The notes under the pieces were generated by a model. The model was not told the DNA's origin. It made no database searches and saw only the letters and a program-made list of their open reading frames with translations. The translations under genes and the position numbers were made by a program. From the sequence record NC_062582.1: 64,000 nt of DNA. One strand, given 5' to 3'. Of the stretch, positions 17,618 to 29,093 are shown piece after piece. The first letter of the stretch is position 1, and each line of letters begins with the position of its first letter.

Positions 17618-20302
17618 ATGGCTCAAAAATTACCGGTGATTACTTATCCGAAACTAGCCGCTCAGCAACTCGGTTCTAAAGCTACACCCACTAACGCATT
17701 GTTAAACCAACTACGGAAAGATCCGTCGGCTGGTAGTGGTGAAGGCTCAAGGCCGCGTGTTGATATCAACCGCTTTACAATGGATAAGGTATCACGTAAT
17801 ACATCCCAAGAGATTACGGACAGCGATGCCGTAATGCAAACATTACCAGACTTGGAACTGGTAGAAACTGTGGTGGTTGGTTCTACCATCGACCCTAAGT
17901 CTTTGAACGAACCTAACCTGCTATTTACAGTTGACCAGTCTTTGTTTGATAGTGAACTGGGTGCTCTTCTTCTGGAGCCAATCGAGACATACTTTAAGAA
18001 GGACTATAAGATTGACGACCGACTGGATTTGATCCTTCGTGACTGTCTCTTCTATAAAGGTTCTTCTATTCTTTGTGTCCTCCCTGAGAACGTCCTTGAC
18101 AACCTTATTAACGGTCGTCGACAAGTAACCATGGAGAACTTCAAACAGGCTGACAAAATCGTACGTGCGAAAGCAGGCGAGTCTCTGGGTATGCTGGGTT
18201 CCCCTAAAGAAGGTGATACGGTATCTCTCGAAGGTTATGGCAATGATGAGACCTTACGACACATTAACGGTTGCAAATACCTGACCGTTACAGATAACCC
18301 TGAAGTATTGAAGCTTCCAGGTATTAGTGATGTTACTCGTGCAACTCGGATTAAATCTAAGTTGAGTCGTTATCGCGTATCGATGGAAGAAGAAGTCCAT
18401 AAGTTTGATAACGCGCAGATTGAAAACTTGTACAATGCGACAATGGCTGGTTCTGAGAACACACAAATCATCACCTCACCGAAGTTCATGAACAGACCTT
18501 CTGTAGGGCACCCTCTGGTAATGCCATTCCCTAGTGAATCCATTATCCCGGTATTTGTTCAAGGCCGTCCATACGAGCACGTAGGCTATTTCTTGTTGGT
18601 AGACCAAAACGGTTATCCGGTATCGAAAGACTCTACTCGTGACTTCTACGGTGAACTACAATCTGGTTGGAAGTCTGGTACAGGCGGCAATAGTAACTCT
18701 GAAGTTTTGCGTTTGACTCGTGAAGCGATGGGTGATAATGCTAACAAGTCTGACTATGAAGTTGATCACATTCAAAACGCATACAACGCTATCATTGTTA
18801 ACGACCTTAACAACCGTCTGCGTAACGGCATGTACGATCAAGAACTTGAAGTGGGTCTGACCCAAGAAGTTCAACGAATCATGTTGTACCGTAACTGGAA
18901 AGCTAAATCTACCCAGTTGGTTTTCATTCCACAAGAACTGTTAACCTATATTGCTTTTGACTACAATGCTAACGGTATTGGTGAAACACTCATTAGTCGT
19001 ACCAAGATCCTTTCTACTATCCGTACTACTCTGCTCTTTGCAGAAACCATGGGCGGTATTAAGAACGCCATGGGTCGTAAGAAAGTAAGTATCACAACTG
19101 ATGCTCATGACCCTGACCCAGAAGCAACAATTGACGGTATCCAAAGTTTGATCTTGGAACAAGGTCAACGGGCTTTCCCGCTAGCTGCTCCAGACCCTGC
19201 ACAAACAATGGATGCATTGGTACGTTCGGGCTATGACTTTGAGATTAACTCCAACGGCGCGGCTTATGCTGAAACGAAAGTTCAGTATGATGACTACAAT
19301 ACCACAATCAATGCCGGTAACCCTGAGCTACAGGATCGTATTCGTCGCATGCATATCTCTGCATTCGGTATTCCTCCTGAGAAAGTAGACCCAATGTCTA
19401 GCCCTGACTTTGCAACCTCGATCGTACAAAACGACTTGGTAGCTTCGCGTAAAGTTAAGGAACGTCAGAAAGCATTCTGTGCACACCTGACTAAGTTCAT
19501 CCGTACCTTTACTGATCACAGTTCTATCCTTCGTAATCGGATGTACGAGATTGCTCGTGATAACATCGCGATGATCACTGCACCCGAATTGAAGTCGCTC
19601 GATCTGGCTGAAATCGTTGACCAATTTATTCTGGCTGTTGAAGTAGGCTTGCCTGCTCCAGATAACACCCAGCACGAACGTCAATTGGAAGCTTTGGAAG
19701 TTTACGAACGACTGCTGGATAAAGGTTTGGAATCGTGGGTATCTTCGGACCTGTTCCCTGAGGAATTCACACAAGTTCCTGGTCTGGCTGAAGATGTATT
19801 AGCGCAGATCAAAGCAGCAATGATGCGTAAGAACATGGCAGCTAACAACATCCTTCCTGAATTGGATATCTTTACAGAGATGGATGGTGATAAACCTGCA
19901 TTTAGTATCTTGGACTTTGTAGGTCAGAAACAAGCTACTATGACCAAAGCTTTTCTTGAATACGCTAAACACTCACAGCTGTTTAAGAAACGTCTGTCCG
20001 AACTCTATGCGAAAGTATTTGAGACCGCAGCTGATGGCGACAACATGGACGCTGGTAGTGACTATGGTGATGATTCCAGCAGTGAAGGCGATGACGACTT
20101 CGGCGGTAGTAGTTTTGACTCCATGGATGACTTACAAGCATCTGATGATAGCGGGTTCAATATGGACGAACCTGGTAACTCTACACCAGAAGAAACAACA
20201 GATGGTGAACCTAACCTTGATGGTCTGGAAGATCCAATGCAAGCAGAAGAAGCAGAGCAAGAAGCTGACGTTGCTGAAGAACCACCTGAAAACGTGGCAT
20301 GA
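17618..20302 (+). CDS. Portal protein (phiKZ gp129-like) with an acidic C-terminal tail
   Basis: About 894 aa from ATG 17618 (GGAG RBS); position and size as in phiKZ; TME/SLE/SME motifs. Confidence 0.7.
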   Translation: MAQKLPVITYPKLAAQQLGSKATPTNALLNQLRKDPSAGSGEGSRPRVDINRFTMDKVSRNTSQEITDSDAVMQTLPDLELVETVVVGSTIDPKSLNEPNLLFTVDQSLFDSELGALLLEPIETYFKKDYKIDDRLDLILRDCLFYKGSSILCVLPENVLDNLINGRRQVTMENFKQADKIVRAKAGESLGMLGSPKEGDTVSLEGYGNDETLRHINGCKYLTVTDNPEVLKLPGISDVTRATRIKSKLSRYRVSMEEEVHKFDNAQIENLYNATMAGSENTQIITSPKFMNRPSVGHPLVMPFPSESIIPVFVQGRPYEHVGYFLLVDQNGYPVSKDSTRDFYGELQSGWKSGTGGNSNSEVLRLTREAMGDNANKSDYEVDHIQNAYNAIIVNDLNNRLRNGMYDQELEVGLTQEVQRIMLYRNWKAKSTQLVFIPQELLTYIAFDYNANGIGETLISRTKILSTIRTTLLFAETMGGIKNAMGRKKVSITTDAHDPDPEATIDGIQSLILEQGQRAFPLAAPDPAQTMDALVRSGYDFEINSNGAAYAETKVQYDDYNTTINAGNPELQDRIRRMHISAFGIPPEKVDPMSSPDFATSIVQNDLVASRKVKERQKAFCAHLTKFIRTFTDHSSILRNRMYEIARDNIAMITAPELKSLDLAEIVDQFILAVEVGLPAPDNTQHERQLEALEVYERLLDKGLESWVSSDLFPEEFTQVPGLAEDVLAQIKAAMMRKNMAANNILPELDIFTEMDGDKPAFSILDFVGQKQATMTKAFLEYAKHSQLFKKRLSELYAKVFETAADGDNMDAGSDYGDDSSSEGDDDFGGSSFDSMDDLQASDDSGFNMDEPGNSTPEETTDGEPNLDGLEDPMQAEEAEQEADVAEEPPENVA

Positions 20303-20352
20303 CAACATAACGCCCTCCCCAATCGGGGAGGGCTTATGCCGTATATTTTTTT
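20303..20352. terminator. Bidirectional terminator
   Basis: gccctcccc-aatc-ggggagggc with conserved flanks and T-run. Confidence 0.8.
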
Positions 20353-21630
20353 TTATCCTTCTACACCAAGGAATCTGTAGTAAGCTGTTTCATGTCGCAG
20401 TGGGTGAGCTGGGTAACGACCACCATCTACAAGTTTAGCGTCTGTCCAATTGATCTTGTTCGCATCGTAGTTATAACGAATATTGTTAGTTGCACAATAA
20501 ACGAAATACTGTTCGATTGGAATATCTGGGTTATGTACACCTGGTTCTCGAATGTTGTGGTAATCAAGCATCCGACCATAAGCACCAATCAATGGCATCT
20601 GTTTAGCGGTAATATCTACAAAACGTCCAGGAGCCTTGAGACTCTGTACAGGTTCGTAGTACTGAAAGAATGAAGCACTATCAACTACGACAAAGAATGT
20701 CTGAGACAGTTTCAGGTAAGCTCGTACACACTCATCTGATTTCAACTTGGCTACGTTGATTAAGGTTGGATCTTTAGGATCAATATCTAAACCCAGTGAA
20801 CTCAAATCCAAATCACGGATAGAACTAATGATTCGATCTAAGAACATCATGTTACCAAAGTTAATGCGCCATGTACGGTCAGAGGTTCGAACATAAACAT
20901 TTGATAACACATTCAAGAATCCACCAGAGACAAACAGAACTGTCTTATTCTCAAGGTCAACATCTGCTGGCATGGTTAGATAAGTGCCATTCCATAAATC
21001 GGAATCAACACCACGTGAGATCATCTCGTCCTTAATAGGAACATACTTAAGTTTACCAATCGTTTCAAAAGAGTATTGACCAATTTGATTGTCGTTACAT
21101 TTTCGAACAGTGGTATTACCATCGTAAATCCGTACACCTTCGTCAGTCCAGTCAGTTAAGTGATAGTAACCATTAACAGTTGTCATGGAATGATCACGGA
21201 TAAATTCTGGTGTGAATTTAGGGTGGGTCATCAACAGATCTTCTTTAACAAACTTAGAAGCTGTTGAATTGATATTTGCATTACGTCCAATAGGGCGAAT
21301 GTTATAGCCACTATGCCAAGCTTGGGCATACTTAACTAAACGTACATTTTCGTTCGGTAGTTCTTTATCAAATGGAAGTGTTTTATTACCAACACTTGTT
21401 AACCATTCTTGTACCGTCATGACTGGAGATACACCCACAATCAAATTGGTAACATTAACCCAATGAAGGGCTTTCAATATAGGTTTGCCTGGACCTGGGT
21501 ATTCGACATAAAGGTAGATGTCACCATAAGTTGCAGATAGTGTGGACACTAACGCATTGGATAAATCTGCTTCAGCCCAACGGCCAGATCTGCGGTCTAG
21601 TCGATAACGACTACGTACTAATTGGTACAT
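20353..21630 (-). CDS. Virion structural protein (phiKZ gp130-like)
   Basis: 425-aa ORF with GGAGG RBS; position between portal and fibre genes. Confidence 0.65.
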   Translation of the reverse strand: MYQLVRSRYRLDRRSGRWAEADLSNALVSTLSATYGDIYLYVEYPGPGKPILKALHWVNVTNLIVGVSPVMTVQEWLTSVGNKTLPFDKELPNENVRLVKYAQAWHSGYNIRPIGRNANINSTASKFVKEDLLMTHPKFTPEFIRDHSMTTVNGYYHLTDWTDEGVRIYDGNTTVRKCNDNQIGQYSFETIGKLKYVPIKDEMISRGVDSDLWNGTYLTMPADVDLENKTVLFVSGGFLNVLSNVYVRTSDRTWRINFGNMMFLDRIISSIRDLDLSSLGLDIDPKDPTLINVAKLKSDECVRAYLKLSQTFFVVVDSASFFQYYEPVQSLKAPGRFVDITAKQMPLIGAYGRMLDYHNIREPGVHNPDIPIEQYFVYCATNNIRYNYDANKINWTDAKLVDGGRYPAHPLRHETAYYRFLGVEG

Positions 21631-21723
21631 AAATACCTCCGTAATAAAGTATTGGTCAATCCTATGTGAAATTCACATCATTACGCTAACAACGGCGCAC
21701 CAGCGCTACAACAGGAGGGCGCA

Positions 21724-24006
21724 ATGGCTTACAGTACAACTAATCTGTACCCAGAAGACCTTAACGGAACAAATCCGCTCAATTTAATTACAAATGAAAT
21801 TCATAATCTTCAACCACCTGGTCCTAAAGATTTCTATTTCATTATTCCATTCGCTGCGCCTTTCTTTGTAGATTCGCTTGAAGTATATAACGTTGCCACT
21901 GGTGCGAAGTATGTCGAAGGCGACGATTACTTAGTAGGTCACCGTTTCATTGAAGCGATGGATTCTATTGGTCGACCAATTGCTGGTAGTATTCGATTCC
22001 TTCGGTTTGACATTGTTGGTCAAGTTCGTTTGCGCTATCGTACTATTGGTGGACAGTGGGGTTTCAGTGATCAAGCGATCCTGGCTGAATTGGCACGTGT
22101 GCATCTTAACCCGCTACGTCGTAGTTGGGGCGACATTGATGTCTTGCCGTATTCGTTCCCACCATTTGAACATGATCAGAGTTTGGATACTCTGGTAGGC
22201 TCTAAAGAACTCAAAGCAGCTCTGGATCACATTGCTGCCATTATGGAAGCAACTGCATCCGGTACAACCGAAAGTCACCTTGTTGATTACAATAACCCTC
22301 ACCGGGTAACTAAACAACAGGTAATGTTGGGTAATGTACCAAACTTCTCAATGGCTACTGACGAACAAGCGATCGCATCGCTGCGTAACGACTTGTTTAT
22401 GAACCCACGTGGTACTTTGTTATCCATTCAAGAACACGCATTGAAACCACTTAATGCACACATCAATGCAACTGGTAACGTCCACAACATGGTTCCTGCT
22501 GATATCGGTCTGGGCAATGTCCCTAACTATCCAGCAGCTACTCCAGCACAAGCGATTGACCCAACCAACACAACTACATTGCTGACACCATACACTGGCG
22601 CACTGCTTGTACAGAAGTTGGCTAACGACCCGCGACTTGATCAACTGATCATCGACTTTAACAATCACCTTACTGCTCATAACCCGCATGGTATTACACC
22701 TGCTATGATCGGTACTTTAACCACACAAGAAATCGAACAGCGTATCGCTCAAGGTTCTGGTGGTGGCGGTGGTGATGCGGATACTTTTGGCGGATTGACT
22801 CCTTCGCAATGGGAAGCTAAGTTCCCTGTGAATGCTGACATCAATCAGATGCTGACTGAGACTGGTGATATTTACCTAGACAAGTTAACCGCGATTAACG
22901 CTGTTGATATGACAGACCCAATTACCCCTGAGATCATTGCCCGTCGTAATGCAACTAAAGTAAGTTGGGCATTTGGTGGTTATGCAGCGTACGGTATTTA
23001 TAACTCTCTTGCCGAAGGGCGGATTGTTTCAAGTAGCAGTACGATTGTTGGCGATGATAGTTTCAGTAAAGAAACATTCGCTGATGCCGCTAACCGTTGG
23101 TCGTCTGACAAGAATGCTAACTACTTCATTGAAGGTAATGGTTCTCTGCAAGTTTGGGGTAGCGAAGCAGTTAAACCTCCAGCAGGTTATCTGTCTGAAA
23201 GTTTCAACCCAGCTAATGCCAGTAAGATTGTTAAAGCTTCTAAGGATTACGTGTGGCTTGTTAACGCCTCTAACAAACTGTTCCGGTTTGATCGCGCAGG
23301 TACTACTACCCCTGAACTTCCATCTGACGAAATCTTAGATTTGATCATTGGTAACGGTCTGGTAGATCCACGTCCAGTGGGCGTAGCTGAAACAGGTACC
23401 GACTGGAATAACGTTACAATCAAACCGATTGGTGACGCTAGTTGGATCTCAGCTTTTAACGTAGCTATGGTAAACTTGCCTGTCGGTCAGAAGTATCATG
23501 ACTCGCGTATCGCTAGTGAGTACATCAACCTGATTACTTACACTGGTAACGTACCTGATCCTAACGACCCTAATGCTGTTGACAACCGTGTCTACTTCTT
23601 GCATATCTACAAAATCAATTATAATGCGGCGATTACTCTTACTGAAGTTACTAATCAGATAGATATCAAAAACCACACTACTAATGAAATTGTTAAAGCA
23701 GATACCATTCGCGGTGTTACACAAGTAGCAGGTAGTTATACTCACTTCGTGTTTACAAAACCACGTCCTAACTCCACCCTGTGTGACTTGTTGTCTTACG
23801 GTGATAATAGTCAGGGTCAATTGGAAATGCTGCCTACCTCGGCCCCGTTCCTTTCGATTGCTGCTGGTTATCAATACACCGTAACGATTAACCGTCAGAA
23901 CTTTGTTGAATTCTGGGGTAACTCTGAAGACAACTCATTGTTCTATCGTGGTGGCGCTTTCATTCCATCACCGGGAACGGTAGTGGCTAGGCCAGGAGCT
24001 AACTAA
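21724..24006 (+). CDS. Tail fibre/tail-tip protein (phiKZ gp131-like)
   Basis: H-x-N-P-H..GLGNVPN..AT repeats, poly-Gly linker, RCC1-like C-terminal motifs (YGDNSQGQL, IAAGYQYT). Confidence 0.75.
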   Translation: MAYSTTNLYPEDLNGTNPLNLITNEIHNLQPPGPKDFYFIIPFAAPFFVDSLEVYNVATGAKYVEGDDYLVGHRFIEAMDSIGRPIAGSIRFLRFDIVGQVRLRYRTIGGQWGFSDQAILAELARVHLNPLRRSWGDIDVLPYSFPPFEHDQSLDTLVGSKELKAALDHIAAIMEATASGTTESHLVDYNNPHRVTKQQVMLGNVPNFSMATDEQAIASLRNDLFMNPRGTLLSIQEHALKPLNAHINATGNVHNMVPADIGLGNVPNYPAATPAQAIDPTNTTTLLTPYTGALLVQKLANDPRLDQLIIDFNNHLTAHNPHGITPAMIGTLTTQEIEQRIAQGSGGGGGDADTFGGLTPSQWEAKFPVNADINQMLTETGDIYLDKLTAINAVDMTDPITPEIIARRNATKVSWAFGGYAAYGIYNSLAEGRIVSSSSTIVGDDSFSKETFADAANRWSSDKNANYFIEGNGSLQVWGSEAVKPPAGYLSESFNPANASKIVKASKDYVWLVNASNKLFRFDRAGTTTPELPSDEILDLIIGNGLVDPRPVGVAETGTDWNNVTIKPIGDASWISAFNVAMVNLPVGQKYHDSRIASEYINLITYTGNVPDPNDPNAVDNRVYFLHIYKINYNAAITLTEVTNQIDIKNHTTNEIVKADTIRGVTQVAGSYTHFVFTKPRPNSTLCDLLSYGDNSQGQLEMLPTSAPFLSIAAGYQYTVTINRQNFVEFWGNSEDNSLFYRGGAFIPSPGTVVARPGAN

Positions 24007-24330
24007 ATGGCAATGTCTAACTTCACAGCGGCGTTCAACCGTTTCAAAGCCTTGCTCAATCAATACAGCAATGCCACGATCGATATGATGAAAGTCGTAC
24101 GAGATCGTTTGAACTCCCACACTGATGCGGTAGGTAACGTCCATGACCTGGAGCCTGCTGACATCGGTTTAGGTAACGTACCAGATTGGTTACCAGCTAC
24201 AACAGACCAAGCTAAGAGCGCATTGTCTAACTCTGCGTTCATGACCCCACGACGTACCAACGACTACGCGAATGAAAATATCTTTGCGGTTATTGGTGGT
24301 TCGTTCAAAGCTGCGGCTGATAAACTTTAA
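24007..24330 (+). CDS. Small fibre-associated protein with one GNVH..GLGNVP repeat (gp132-like)
   Basis: Same repeat unit as the upstream gene; own AGGAG RBS. Confidence 0.7.
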   Translation: MAMSNFTAAFNRFKALLNQYSNATIDMMKVVRDRLNSHTDAVGNVHDLEPADIGLGNVPDWLPATTDQAKSALSNSAFMTPRRTNDYANENIFAVIGGSFKAAADKL

Positions 24331-24340
24331 CCGATATGGT

Positions 24341-24391
24341 GACGGAAGGGGCTCTGTGTTTTTTACACGGGAGTCCCTTCTGTTATTTTTT
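24341..24391 (+). terminator. Long imperfect hairpin plus T-run inside the fibre cluster
   Basis: gacggaaggggctctgtgt...acacgggagtcccttctgtt followed by T-rich tract. Confidence 0.55.
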
Positions 24392-24405
24392 ATATGGAGA
24401 AAACT

Positions 24406-25779
24406 ATGTCCGATGTAATCGTACAATTACCATTAGATAGAACTGGACGAAGTCCGGATAACCTTATCTCTGGTGAAGAGCATACGCTCGAAGTTACTCC
24501 CGGTTTCCCTTACCGGATTATTACCCTCGAACACGGTGGGTTCTATGTAAAAGGTCTGCGTGTATATGACGCTAACTACAAACAGCTGAAAGCTAACACC
24601 GATTACATTGTGACTTACGTTTATAAGAATGCAAGTGAATCTACAGGGCTTGATATCTGTGGTGCCATTGTGTTCCTCGATCAACAACGAACAGGTACTG
24701 TATTCACATCAGCACAAATGGTCGGAGGTGATCTTTGTTACAGCTTTACAGTAGTAGAAGACTACGTTAAATACTTTAAATCGCAACCAATTAACTACAT
24801 TCCATTCTGGATGGACTATGTTGGCAATGAACCACTCTGGAAGCCCGGTGAACTCGCTCAAGAGCGTTGGCATCTTGATACCTATCAACCCTTCAACAAC
24901 GCAGTTGAAGAGCTGACAGTGACCGTAGAAGGTGGGGATGGTACAGAGGAAGATGAACTGCGTAAGAAGATTGACGAAGATTATAAGAAGTTCTTAGAAC
25001 TGTTTAACGATCGTCTAGACTTACACATCCAAGACATGAGTAACCCTCACGTTGACGTTAAGAGTCATCAGGCTATTGGTTTGAACCTGTTAGAAAACTA
25101 TCGGGTTGCAACGGAAGCAGAAGCAATCGAAGCAGTAAAGAATGATGTTTATCTAACGCCATATCTTAGTGGTTTGACAATGGACGAATGGGCATTGAAA
25201 CCTTTGCGTCTACACATTGCTAGAACTGATAACCCGCATAACGTTACTATCGAACAAACTGGTTCGAATACAAAGCTACAAGTTAATCAGTTAGCTGAAT
25301 CGAAATACGGTGTTGAGGAAACAGTAGCTAACGCAACATACGGATGGTGGAATGACCAAGAATGGTCTTATGAAAGACTGTACGAATATATCCGTCGCGA
25401 TATCCCTGCACAGAACTTCTCTGTGGGTGGTCAGAATGGTTATATGAATCCACTGCGTTTAGGCTACGGTCAACCAAGCGATAAGAAAGTATTGCTCTCT
25501 AACCAAGTTTGGACTGATTTTGATTCATTGACTACAACATTCGTAGACACTGTTTCTCCACAGATAAACGTATTAGATGCAAAGATCTTTGCTAACCAAA
25601 CCGAAGCACATAACCTTGTATTAGTTCAGCCTTGGGCATGGACGGTACCCACAGGTTCCATGGCATTCTATCGCTGCAATTATAGCGCGTGGTGGGGACT
25701 TGGTAACGGTGCAACCGTTTATACTTGGGCAATGACTTACTGTTCAATCAAGACCGATGCTGGTTGGGTAGCGGTGTAA
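24406..25779 (+). CDS. Tail fibre protein paralogue 1 (gp133-135 family)
   Basis: LPLDRTG N-terminus, NPH repeats. Confidence 0.75.
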   Translation: MSDVIVQLPLDRTGRSPDNLISGEEHTLEVTPGFPYRIITLEHGGFYVKGLRVYDANYKQLKANTDYIVTYVYKNASESTGLDICGAIVFLDQQRTGTVFTSAQMVGGDLCYSFTVVEDYVKYFKSQPINYIPFWMDYVGNEPLWKPGELAQERWHLDTYQPFNNAVEELTVTVEGGDGTEEDELRKKIDEDYKKFLELFNDRLDLHIQDMSNPHVDVKSHQAIGLNLLENYRVATEAEAIEAVKNDVYLTPYLSGLTMDEWALKPLRLHIARTDNPHNVTIEQTGSNTKLQVNQLAESKYGVEETVANATYGWWNDQEWSYERLYEYIRRDIPAQNFSVGGQNGYMNPLRLGYGQPSDKKVLLSNQVWTDFDSLTTTFVDTVSPQINVLDAKIFANQTEAHNLVLVQPWAWTVPTGSMAFYRCNYSAWWGLGNGATVYTWAMTYCSIKTDAGWVAV

Positions 25780-25789
25780 GGAGTTTAAA

Positions 25790-27148
25790 ATGGTACCAAT
25801 TTTACATCCCCTTCCACTAGACTGGACCGGGCAAGCGACATCAAACGTAGTAACGATGGATTCGTATGACATTATGGATCAGGCAGATGAACCTTACAAA
25901 GTCGTTGTACTGGACAAAGGTTATTTTTATCTTCATGATCTGGTTGTTATGAATCACTTACAGAAGCCTCTCCTTTATGGGGAGGATTACCAGTGCATCG
26001 CGATGAATAAAGACGTTGTCACTAAAACAGGTTTTAATGCTTGTGCTGTTATCGTCATTAAGAATCCACAGGTTAATAACAAAGTATTTGTAACTGCCCG
26101 TATGGTCGGTGGTGAGTACTGTGCATTGACTGATGCTGTAATCGATATGGCTAACGGTCTCTTGGCTGGTGGTAAGCGTAAAGTTTACTGGAAGAACATT
26201 TATGGTAAACCAAATGACTATCGTCCTAACGGTCACCAACATGCTTGGTGGGAATTGTTTGGTTTTACAGAAGCTACAAAGACCATTAAAAGAATGCGTG
26301 TTGCACAACAGATAAGTACTGCGAAAGACTTCCAAGGCGTCTACGATAGCTGGCGAGCACAGTACAACAACATGTCTAACCTGTTGAAAGATATTGAAGC
26401 ACGACTCACCACACACATCAATGACACGTTTGACCCACATGTTGTAACTAAGACACAGATTGGTTTATCGCTTGTATTTAATGGTGCTCCAGCAACCTTT
26501 GATGAAACGCGTGCTGGTAGTGGTACATTAAACAACAGTTACGCAACTCCTTTGCGGGCGAAACAATCCTTTGAATATAACTTCCTGCCACAATTGGAAC
26601 AACACGAGAACGATTTCAATAACCCACACCGAGACAGCTATCAGTCTCTGAATACTTATTCTGTTACACAGTTGCAACAGAAAGGTACCCTTTACTACAA
26701 TAAAGGTTCTACTGTTAAATATACTGCTCGTTATGGTGGACATCCTTGGGATGATATCTATACAGGCATTCGGAACCTGGTACCAATTGGTAATATCACC
26801 AGCGGTGTATTAAAGATGGACCAGTTCAGCGATATGTTGAACCCGCCCGTAGACTACATCCTATCGCCAACTGTTTCAGGTACTCCGAACTGGCGTTCAA
26901 TTCGTGAGGTACTTACACAACACGTTAAGAAAGGTAACCAAGTGTTTTATGTAGCGGGTACCTTTGGATACGATCTCAACGGTATTGCAAACATTTTTAA
27001 CCAGATTATCGGTCCTAAGCCAGCAGGATCAATCGGGGTATTTAGATATCAATATGGACACGGTACTAGTTCTGGTAATGGTGGTATCACCGTGTACCTT
27101 CCGAACATTTCATTCGTACGTTGCAATGGTTCAACGTGGACTACTTAA
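25790..27148 (+). CDS. Tail fibre protein paralogue 2
   Basis: LPLDWTG N-terminus, DPH/NPH repeats. Confidence 0.75.
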   Translation: MVPILHPLPLDWTGQATSNVVTMDSYDIMDQADEPYKVVVLDKGYFYLHDLVVMNHLQKPLLYGEDYQCIAMNKDVVTKTGFNACAVIVIKNPQVNNKVFVTARMVGGEYCALTDAVIDMANGLLAGGKRKVYWKNIYGKPNDYRPNGHQHAWWELFGFTEATKTIKRMRVAQQISTAKDFQGVYDSWRAQYNNMSNLLKDIEARLTTHINDTFDPHVVTKTQIGLSLVFNGAPATFDETRAGSGTLNNSYATPLRAKQSFEYNFLPQLEQHENDFNNPHRDSYQSLNTYSVTQLQQKGTLYYNKGSTVKYTARYGGHPWDDIYTGIRNLVPIGNITSGVLKMDQFSDMLNPPVDYILSPTVSGTPNWRSIREVLTQHVKKGNQVFYVAGTFGYDLNGIANIFNQIIGPKPAGSIGVFRYQYGHGTSSGNGGITVYLPNISFVRCNGSTWTT

Positions 27149-27163
27149 ACTAGAGGACTAACC

Positions 27164-28498
27164 ATGTCAATTAAGAAAATACCTCTCGACCTTGAGGGGA
27201 ATTTACCGTCTAACTATTTTGTCTCGGAAGAACACTCTGTTACAACTGCACGTAATAAAGTTAACCGTGTGATTGTTCCGGAACATGGCGCTTTCTTTAA
27301 TGACAGTGTTGAAGTCCGTGATGCTAACGGAGTTGTAGTTACGCGGCGTGAAGGTCTCGAACTTACGTATCACTACGAACTGTTCTCTGAACTGACAGGT
27401 AAAGGTGTGTCAGCGCTGATGATCATTACAGACCCGGCGCGCCCATCCCCTTTCAAAATTACGTATCGTGCTGTGGGCGGTAGCTTTAGCCTTTCTGTTA
27501 AAGAACTAAAAGACGTCATCGATTTTGCATCTAACAACACTGAGAAGATCAAGTGGGATGACATTATCGACAAACCTTCAGCATACGTGCCTAGTCCACA
27601 CTTTAACAAATACTGGCAGCTGTATGGCCTTGATAGTATCGTTACTAACTTACGTCGATTTGCAGATGCTTGGGCTGTAGGTCGTAAAGGGATGATTGAA
27701 GCAACGACTGAATATTACCAGGATTACATCAAAGAGATTGAAGCAGCGGTAGAAGCTTATACTGCACGAGTAATGGCTCACATTACAGATCGTAGTAACC
27801 CTCATAAAACCGATAAGTTCAAAGTTAACTTAGGTGAGATCAATAACTGGCCGCTGGCTGACTATGTTACTGGTGTAAGTCTTACCGATAATGAACGCTA
27901 TCAATCGATGGGCGGTATATATAACCAACTGGTTACCAATGCCGTACCGGTATTGAATAGTCACGTTACAGACTACGCTGTTGCTGGACGCCCTACACCA
28001 CACAACCTGACACTTGCACAACTAAACATTTACAGTCGTGCGGAGATTGATGAAATCTTTACTCATCGTCTTTTGACAACGTCAGTTGCATACAACACCA
28101 ATAACTTGGTGGGTGTCGATTGGGTAACGTTCTACAACACACTTCGTTCTAATCTCGATGTGTCTAACGTAGCTCGTGCAACACGATTTAACCAGAACCA
28201 GTTAGGTGAAATTCCAGCAGGGGCGGACCCAACACAATACGCTTTGTTAGGTAATGGAAAATACGCTCTGTATAAAGACTTGATGAAAACCTACAACGAT
28301 ACTCAAGGCAGTATCTATTACATCGGTTATTATGGTAGCGTTGCTGCGGCTATGGCTGCGGCTGATGCAATGCCCGGTCTTTCTCCTGGTACTTATTTTG
28401 TGGGGAGTATTCCTAAGGGTTACCACGACCTTACGCTTTACGGTGCAGCTCTGTACAAACGTGATGCTAACAACAAAACACAATTTATTATGGGATAG
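27164..28498 (+). CDS. Tail fibre protein paralogue 3
   Basis: IPLDLEG N-terminus, NPH repeat. Confidence 0.75.
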   Translation: MSIKKIPLDLEGNLPSNYFVSEEHSVTTARNKVNRVIVPEHGAFFNDSVEVRDANGVVVTRREGLELTYHYELFSELTGKGVSALMIITDPARPSPFKITYRAVGGSFSLSVKELKDVIDFASNNTEKIKWDDIIDKPSAYVPSPHFNKYWQLYGLDSIVTNLRRFADAWAVGRKGMIEATTEYYQDYIKEIEAAVEAYTARVMAHITDRSNPHKTDKFKVNLGEINNWPLADYVTGVSLTDNERYQSMGGIYNQLVTNAVPVLNSHVTDYAVAGRPTPHNLTLAQLNIYSRAEIDEIFTHRLLTTSVAYNTNNLVGVDWVTFYNTLRSNLDVSNVARATRFNQNQLGEIPAGADPTQYALLGNGKYALYKDLMKTYNDTQGSIYYIGYYGSVAAAMAAADAMPGLSPGTYFVGSIPKGYHDLTLYGAALYKRDANNKTQFIMG

Positions 28499-28508
28499 GT
28501 AACTACCA

Positions 28509-29093
28509 ATGTCTGAAGAAAACGAAATTTATCGTGAGTCTTATGCTCACTTGTTTAACAAACTGAATGGCCTTCATGTGTACTCTATTCAGGGCGACGA
28601 GAACTCTATCGATCTTTACGATCCGCGGTTGTTCCACGTACGTTATGCTCCGATGAGTATTCAGTACGAGATCCTTGAAGGACAGCTACATATTGCTGAA
28701 GATGGTACTATCACCGACGATTGGAAAATTGTTCTACTGACTGATCGTAAACAAATGGTATTGGAACGCTCGCTTAATATGGCAGCGGAAACCAAAATCA
28801 CCAGTGTTTATCCGATTGCTACACAGATCAACATACTGAGTCGCACCATTAAGAAAATTGCTGAAGCAGCTGGTATCGAAACCGAAGAACTCGATGAGAT
28901 GGTTTCGTATATCGATCACTGTATCACAACTAACCAGATTCATAAGGAGTTCTACCGTGGAAGCGAAGATGTTGAATACATCACTGACGAAGCTGTTGCA
29001 GCTCACAAGTCCCGAGCAATGGAAGGCGGTATCCATGAGTGGCTTGGCGCAAGACCTATTAATGGTGGACGCATTTTCGGGTCAGATAGCTAA
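28509..29093 (+). CDS. Hypothetical protein, possibly a fibre assembly factor
   Basis: 194 aa directly after the last fibre gene; TAGG RBS. Confidence 0.55.
   Translation: MSEENEIYRESYAHLFNKLNGLHVYSIQGDENSIDLYDPRLFHVRYAPMSIQYEILEGQLHIAEDGTITDDWKIVLLTDRKQMVLERSLNMAAETKITSVYPIATQINILSRTIKKIAEAAGIETEELDEMVSYIDHCITTNQIHKEFYRGSEDVEYITDEAVAAHKSRAMEGGIHEWLGARPINGGRIFGSDS

Noticed and set aside
24004-24009. In-frame TAA-ATG junction between the 760-aa and 107-aa fibre genes (also 15406/15407) as possible read-through
   Set aside because: TAA is a tight stop and the downstream gene has its own RBS; ordinary translational coupling
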